Source: a bacterium (GTDB lineage: Bacteria; Electryoneota; RPQS01). Taken from it: a stretch of 64,000 bases of DNA. Made by a program: the position numbers and the translations under genes. The DNA lies in assembly GCA_013360195.1 (NCBI GenBank), contig JABWCQ010000001.1, forward strand, positions 84,168-148,167, given 5' to 3'. Below the pieces are notes generated by a model. The model saw nothing but the letters and a program-made list of their open reading frames with translations, searched no databases and was not told the DNA's origin. Shown one piece after another: positions 60,222 through 64,000 of this stretch (position 1 is its first letter; every line of letters starts with the position of its first letter).

Positions 60222-61709
60222 GTGATCGATCCGCACGTTCCAGATCACCATTTGCCCGGCAGAGTTGACGCGGGGCTCGACGCGACGCGTTCACTTGCCG
60301 CACTGGAGGAGCTGGAACGGCGGGTGTACGAATTTCTGCGCGTTGACGATCCGGCGAAGCTTGGTACGCTGCAAATTGAACAGCTGCAATCACTGCTGGA
60401 AGAGATCGGTTCCGCGCGGCAGAATCTTCGGCTGCAGGCTGAGTTTGAGCGGGAACGTCAGGAAAACGCCATTCTGCAAGAAGTCAGTTTACGGCTCTCC
60501 AGCGCGGCGGATATCCGAGATGTATTGCGGGCGATTCTTGAGTCACTCCGGCAGGTTGTCGAATTCGACGCCGCCGGAATTTTCGTCTTTAACAAGGTGA
60601 TGCAGCAGATTGAGGTGGACATGCTGGCGGGCTACGGCGGAGCGCAGCGGCGCCGCGTGTACACGAAGTTTCAGGAAGGCGTCAAGCACGGCGAAGGTAT
60701 CGTTGCCACCGTGGTGTTTTCAGGCAAACCGCTCTACGTGCCCGATGTCCACAAGGATTCGCGGTATGTCGAAGTCAGGCCGACGACGCAGTCAGAGCTC
60801 GCCGTTCCGATATTTGTGCGTGACGAGCTAATCGGCGCATTCAACCTCGAATCTGACAAACTGGACGCCTTCAGTGAACGGGATTTGCGCACCTTGCTTA
60901 CGTTTGCCAGCCACGCCGGAGTTGCGTTGGAACGTGCCCGCGCGGACCGTGAACGGCAGCATACTCAGAGAATCGCCGAGGAGCTTGCACTCGCAAGGCG
61001 GATTCACACAAGTTTTCAGCCCAAAGTATTTCCGGCATTTGCGCCTTATGATTTGGGCGGAATGAACTTCCCGTCCAGCGAAGTCGGCGGTGATTACTAC
61101 GACTTTGTGAACATCACGGAAGATGATCTGGGTATTATCATGAGTGACGTGGCCGGACACGGAGTGGCCGCGGCGCTTCTGATGGCGAATTTCCGCGCGT
61201 GTATCCGAATCGAGTCTCGCGCTCACTATGCCATTCGGACTATTCTCGAACGGGTAAACGAGTTTCTTGTTGAAACGAATCCACCGGACAGTTTTGTGAC
61301 GGCGGTTTATGGCGTGCTCAACCGGAAATACAATGTGTTAACTTATTCGAACGCGGGGCACAATCCGCCGCTGCTGCTGCGGGTCGGTGAAGAGCCGCGG
61401 CTGCTGGATACGGGCGGCCCGATTCTGGGTGTGCTGCCTGAGGCAAAGTATGTCGAAGCTCAAGTGGAGCTGGTGCCCGGTGACGTCCTGATATTTTACA
61501 CTGACGGTGTGACGGAGGCGCGTAATGAGGCCGACGAGGAATTCGGCTTGTCAAGATTGATTGATGTTACATTGAAGCACCGCTCTCTTTCCGCGTATGA
61601 ATTGGCCCGGCGCATCAGTCACGAGGTGCATTCCTTCAATGTGCCGGATTTGACAATGGATGATTTGACCTTATCTGTGGTGAAGTATGACGCGACCGAA
61701 ACGCATTGA
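60222..61709 (+). CDS. GAF-PP2C (SpoIIE/RsbU-like) phosphatase
   Basis: GAF domain (SELAVP), then GGDYYD, DVAGHG, NAGH.PP, YTDG.TEA, DD.T. Confidence 0.92.
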   Translation: MIDPHVPDHHLPGRVDAGLDATRSLAALEELERRVYEFLRVDDPAKLGTLQIEQLQSLLEEIGSARQNLRLQAEFERERQENAILQEVSLRLSSAADIRDVLRAILESLRQVVEFDAAGIFVFNKVMQQIEVDMLAGYGGAQRRRVYTKFQEGVKHGEGIVATVVFSGKPLYVPDVHKDSRYVEVRPTTQSELAVPIFVRDELIGAFNLESDKLDAFSERDLRTLLTFASHAGVALERARADRERQHTQRIAEELALARRIHTSFQPKVFPAFAPYDLGGMNFPSSEVGGDYYDFVNITEDDLGIIMSDVAGHGVAAALLMANFRACIRIESRAHYAIRTILERVNEFLVETNPPDSFVTAVYGVLNRKYNVLTYSNAGHNPPLLLRVGEEPRLLDTGGPILGVLPEAKYVEAQVELVPGDVLIFYTDGVTEARNEADEEFGLSRLIDVTLKHRSLSAYELARRISHEVHSFNVPDLTMDDLTLSVVKYDATETH

Positions 61710-62115
61710 AGTATTGACGATTCCCTCTTCGGTCGACCAGATTGAGAAGGTCGATGAGTTTGTTGAGGCATTTGCCACAGGACTGGGGTTTGAAGCGGAT
61801 GCCTTGGCCGATATCGGTATTTGTGTGACAGAGCTTGTCATGAATGCCATCGTGCACGCGCACAAGGAGCAGGCGGACATTCCTGTTACAATTGAGATTG
61901 AAGGCAAGGCAGACGGCCTGCGAGTTTCCGTCCGAGATTTCGGACCGGGTTTCGAGACGACTTCACTTCCGGATCCGACGTCGCCTGAGCATATATTCGA
62001 AGATCATGGCCGCGGAATTCTAATTGTCAAAGCAATGATGGACGAATGCAAGTGCATCCGGCTTGAAGACGGTATGAAGATCGAGATATTCAAGAGATTA
62101 TCGAACAGCACATGA
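61687..62115 (+). CDS. RsbW-like anti-sigma Ser/Thr kinase
   Basis: ELVMNAI.H, D.GPGF, GRGI. Confidence 0.9.
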   Translation: MTRPKRIEVLTIPSSVDQIEKVDEFVEAFATGLGFEADALADIGICVTELVMNAIVHAHKEQADIPVTIEIEGKADGLRVSVRDFGPGFETTSLPDPTSPEHIFEDHGRGILIVKAMMDECKCIRLEDGMKIEIFKRLSNST

Positions 62116-62600
62116 AAACTGCTATTTATCCGGGCACGTTCGATCCGATAACCTATGGTCATCTTGATGTTATCGAGAGAGCGGCCGGGCTATTCGACAA
62201 AGTAATCGTTACGCTTGCTGTTCACTCTCAGAAATCGCCGCTGTTTTCGACCGACGAGCGGAAGGAACTCATTCAGAAGTCTATCGAACACCTGCCCAAT
62301 GTGGCGGTGGACGCGTGCCACGGGCTTCTTGTGGAGTTTGCGGAGAGCAAAAATGCGTGTGCCATCATCCGGGGTTTGAGAGCGGTATCGGACTTTGATT
62401 ATGAGTTTCAGATCGCGCTGGCGAATCGTGTGCTTTCTCCGAAGATTTCCACCGTGTTCCTGATGCCGGGCGAGCACTACACATATCTGAACAGCTCCAT
62501 TGTGCGCGAAGTTGCCCGATTGGGAGGGTCGGTCGACAGTTTCGTGCCGCCGCATGTTGTGGAAGCACTGCGACGAAGGTACGGGAAAACCCGCGCGTGA
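62112..62600 (+). CDS. coaD: Phosphopantetheine adenylyltransferase
   Basis: YPGTFDP.T.GH.D, RGLR..SDF.YE, SS.VRE. Confidence 0.97.
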   Translation: MKTAIYPGTFDPITYGHLDVIERAAGLFDKVIVTLAVHSQKSPLFSTDERKELIQKSIEHLPNVAVDACHGLLVEFAESKNACAIIRGLRAVSDFDYEFQIALANRVLSPKISTVFLMPGEHYTYLNSSIVREVARLGGSVDSFVPPHVVEALRRRYGKTRA

Positions 62601-63271
62601 AGCCACGCATATTTGTGTCTCTCGAGTTGTATCCTCGAGTTGCCTCTGTCATTCCCGGAATGGATGAACTCGATATTGCCTATGCCGCTGCACGTGCGGG
62701 TGCGGCGGGCATTGTCGTGAGTGCAGGGACAGAGGCCTTCCACAAGAGCGGAATGAGTCTGTTCGACCGTCCGGGACTTCCGCTGTTGTGCGTACACGCA
62801 AGTTTGCAGCAGATAGACTCGGTGAATAGTCTGGGTAACGCGCCGGACAGAGTCTTGATTTCCGATGAAGGCCGTCCTGTTACTCATTTTGATCCTGTCG
62901 TGGAGTTCCGAGCGAGAATTGAAGGAGCCCGGCAGGAAGTGGGGGTGCTTGTTGAACCGGAACCGCAAGCCCTTAAGCAGGCGGCAAAGGCGGGAGTTCA
63001 GTGGGTTGCATTTCCGACGGCAACGTTGAATGAGTCTGTGGATGCAAATGCGGCGCAACAGGAATTGCTCAGGTTGAGAACGGCGACAATGCTCTCGGCG
63101 AGAAACTCGCTTCGTGTGATGCTTTACGGTGATTTGGAACAGCATCTGGCATCTGCGGCGGCAAATCTTGAAGGTGTTGAGGAGATAGTGCCAATCCATA
63201 CGCTGTGGACGCTGGCAACGCGCCATGGATGGGAACAGGCACTGAGTATTTTCACCCGTTGGATAGAGTAA
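62597..63271 (+). CDS. Degenerate PdxJ-fold protein (catalytic motifs absent)
   Basis: Collinear with pyridoxine 5'-phosphate synthase (A.RAGA.GI.V, V.V.VEP.P, EL.RL, .EE, G.EQA), but the active-site residues are not recognisable. Confidence 0.65.
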   Translation: MKPRIFVSLELYPRVASVIPGMDELDIAYAAARAGAAGIVVSAGTEAFHKSGMSLFDRPGLPLLCVHASLQQIDSVNSLGNAPDRVLISDEGRPVTHFDPVVEFRARIEGARQEVGVLVEPEPQALKQAAKAGVQWVAFPTATLNESVDANAAQQELLRLRTATMLSARNSLRVMLYGDLEQHLASAAANLEGVEEIVPIHTLWTLATRHGWEQALSIFTRWIE

Positions 63272-64000
63272 TGCGCCCACGCGGGCGCTTTGCATTTTGG
63301 GCCGTATGGGCCGTATTTTCGACAGGTTTTCTGGTTTGCCGCTGGGGATTGTTTGATCCGGTCTTTTACAACGTTGACGAAGCTGAATATGCGGTCGGTG
63401 CGCAAGCGCTGTCACAAGGACTGCTGCCCGGGCTTGACTTGATTGGTTCGACCAAACCGCCGGCAATTGTATTCCTCTATTGGTGCGTGTTTGCCGTGTT
63501 GGGCGAGTCGCTGCTGGTCATTCAGGTGACCGGGATTGTGCTGTGGTTTATCGCGCTGGCACTGACGATGCGGCTTGGTCAGCGATTGTTACCGGATGTT
63601 CCGGTATGGGCCTCAGCGCTGAGTTTTTTCCTGCTTGCCAACAGTTTTGGTCCGCCGCGGGACTTGCATGCGCTGAACGTCGAGCTGCCGGGAGTTGTGT
63701 TTACACTTGCATCCTTGCTCCTCTTGACCCGTGTCAGGCTGAACCGAACATTGATGGTTGCCGGGACTTTGCTTGGGATTGCGGTAATGTTCCGGCAGAG
63801 CCTCGTGTTTTTCGCAATTCCGGCAATGATATTGTTACTTCCTCTGCGCACAAGGGAGGTTGTGCCGTTTGCAGCAGGTGTGGTCCTGCCGTGGCTTGTG
63901 CTGCTCATTCCATACATGCAGCGAGACGGATTGGGCTGGGCCTATGAGTCGTGGGTACGATTTCCCATGATGTATGCAGGAGACACGGGAATTGCAGGAT
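63271..64000 (+). CDS. GT-C (ArnT/PMT-like) membrane glycosyltransferase, 3'-truncated
   Basis: Absent from the ORF track because it has no stop in the window. Read manually: MRPRGRFAFW...VDEAEY...TKPP..., many TM helices. TAATG overlap with the upstream gene. Confidence 0.8.
   Translation, partial: MRPRGRFAFWAVWAVFSTGFLVCRWGLFDPVFYNVDEAEYAVGAQALSQGLLPGLDLIGSTKPPAIVFLYWCVFAVLGESLLVIQVTGIVLWFIALALTMRLGQRLLPDVPVWASALSFFLLANSFGPPRDLHALNVELPGVVFTLASLLLLTRVRLNRTLMVAGTLLGIAVMFRQSLVFFAIPAMILLLPLRTREVVPFAAGVVLPWLVLLIPYMQRDGLGWAYESWVRFPMMYAGDTGIAG

Noticed and set aside
62477..63466. 329-aa minus-strand ORF
   Set aside because: Antisense shadow of the coupled coaD / pdxJ-like / GT-C genes, with no recognisable motifs.
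63480..63947. Cys-rich 155-aa plus-strand ORF
   Set aside because: Alternative frame of the hydrophobic GT-C gene. The Cys codons arise from out-of-frame Val/Leu codons.

Overview
Chromosomal window from a flagellated, LPS-containing diderm bacterium. The T9SS-type C-terminal domain, the 'TWGxIK' tail and the PTS-metK-ahcY gene order suggest a deep FCB-related lineage; this is inference only. Layout: (1) 1-12.7 kb, flagellin glycosylation and filament locus (GT4-like, Maf, CgeB-type GT, GT9, MerR regulator, two 299-aa flagellins with an AsnB-like amidotransferase between them, fliD, fliS, flgM, two sigma28 promoters). (2) 12.9-17.7 kb, atypical signalling cluster. (3) 17.7-30.7 kb, envelope and housekeeping genes (PAP2, lpxH, PBP1A, split lptF/lptG, two tRNA-Ser, gltX). 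(4) 30.8-43.4 kb, minus-strand run of polyprenyl synthase, PTS IIC/IID, HPr, EI, PGI/PMI, NTP-transferase, metK, ahcY, lipoprotein and beta-barrel. (5) 43.6-45.7 kb, a small secreted protein with 18 Cys in its predicted mature part, coupled to a T9SS beta-helix protein. (6) tolC, CCA enzyme, TPR-like gene. (7) Secreted S8 and M14 proteases plus ggt. (8) XRE, 2x STAS, PP2C, RsbW partner-switch genes fused to coaD, a degenerate PdxJ-like gene and a GT-C. No integrase, IS or CRISPR was seen. The most notable observations are the Cys-rich/T9SS pair, the PdxJ pseudoenzyme, the flagellin-linked AsnB with an altered glutaminase site, a possible FlgM partner-switch circuit, several C-terminal sorting-like tails, and an 'LD' motif at protease propeptide junctions. 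All calls come from motif recognition by eye; no searches were run.
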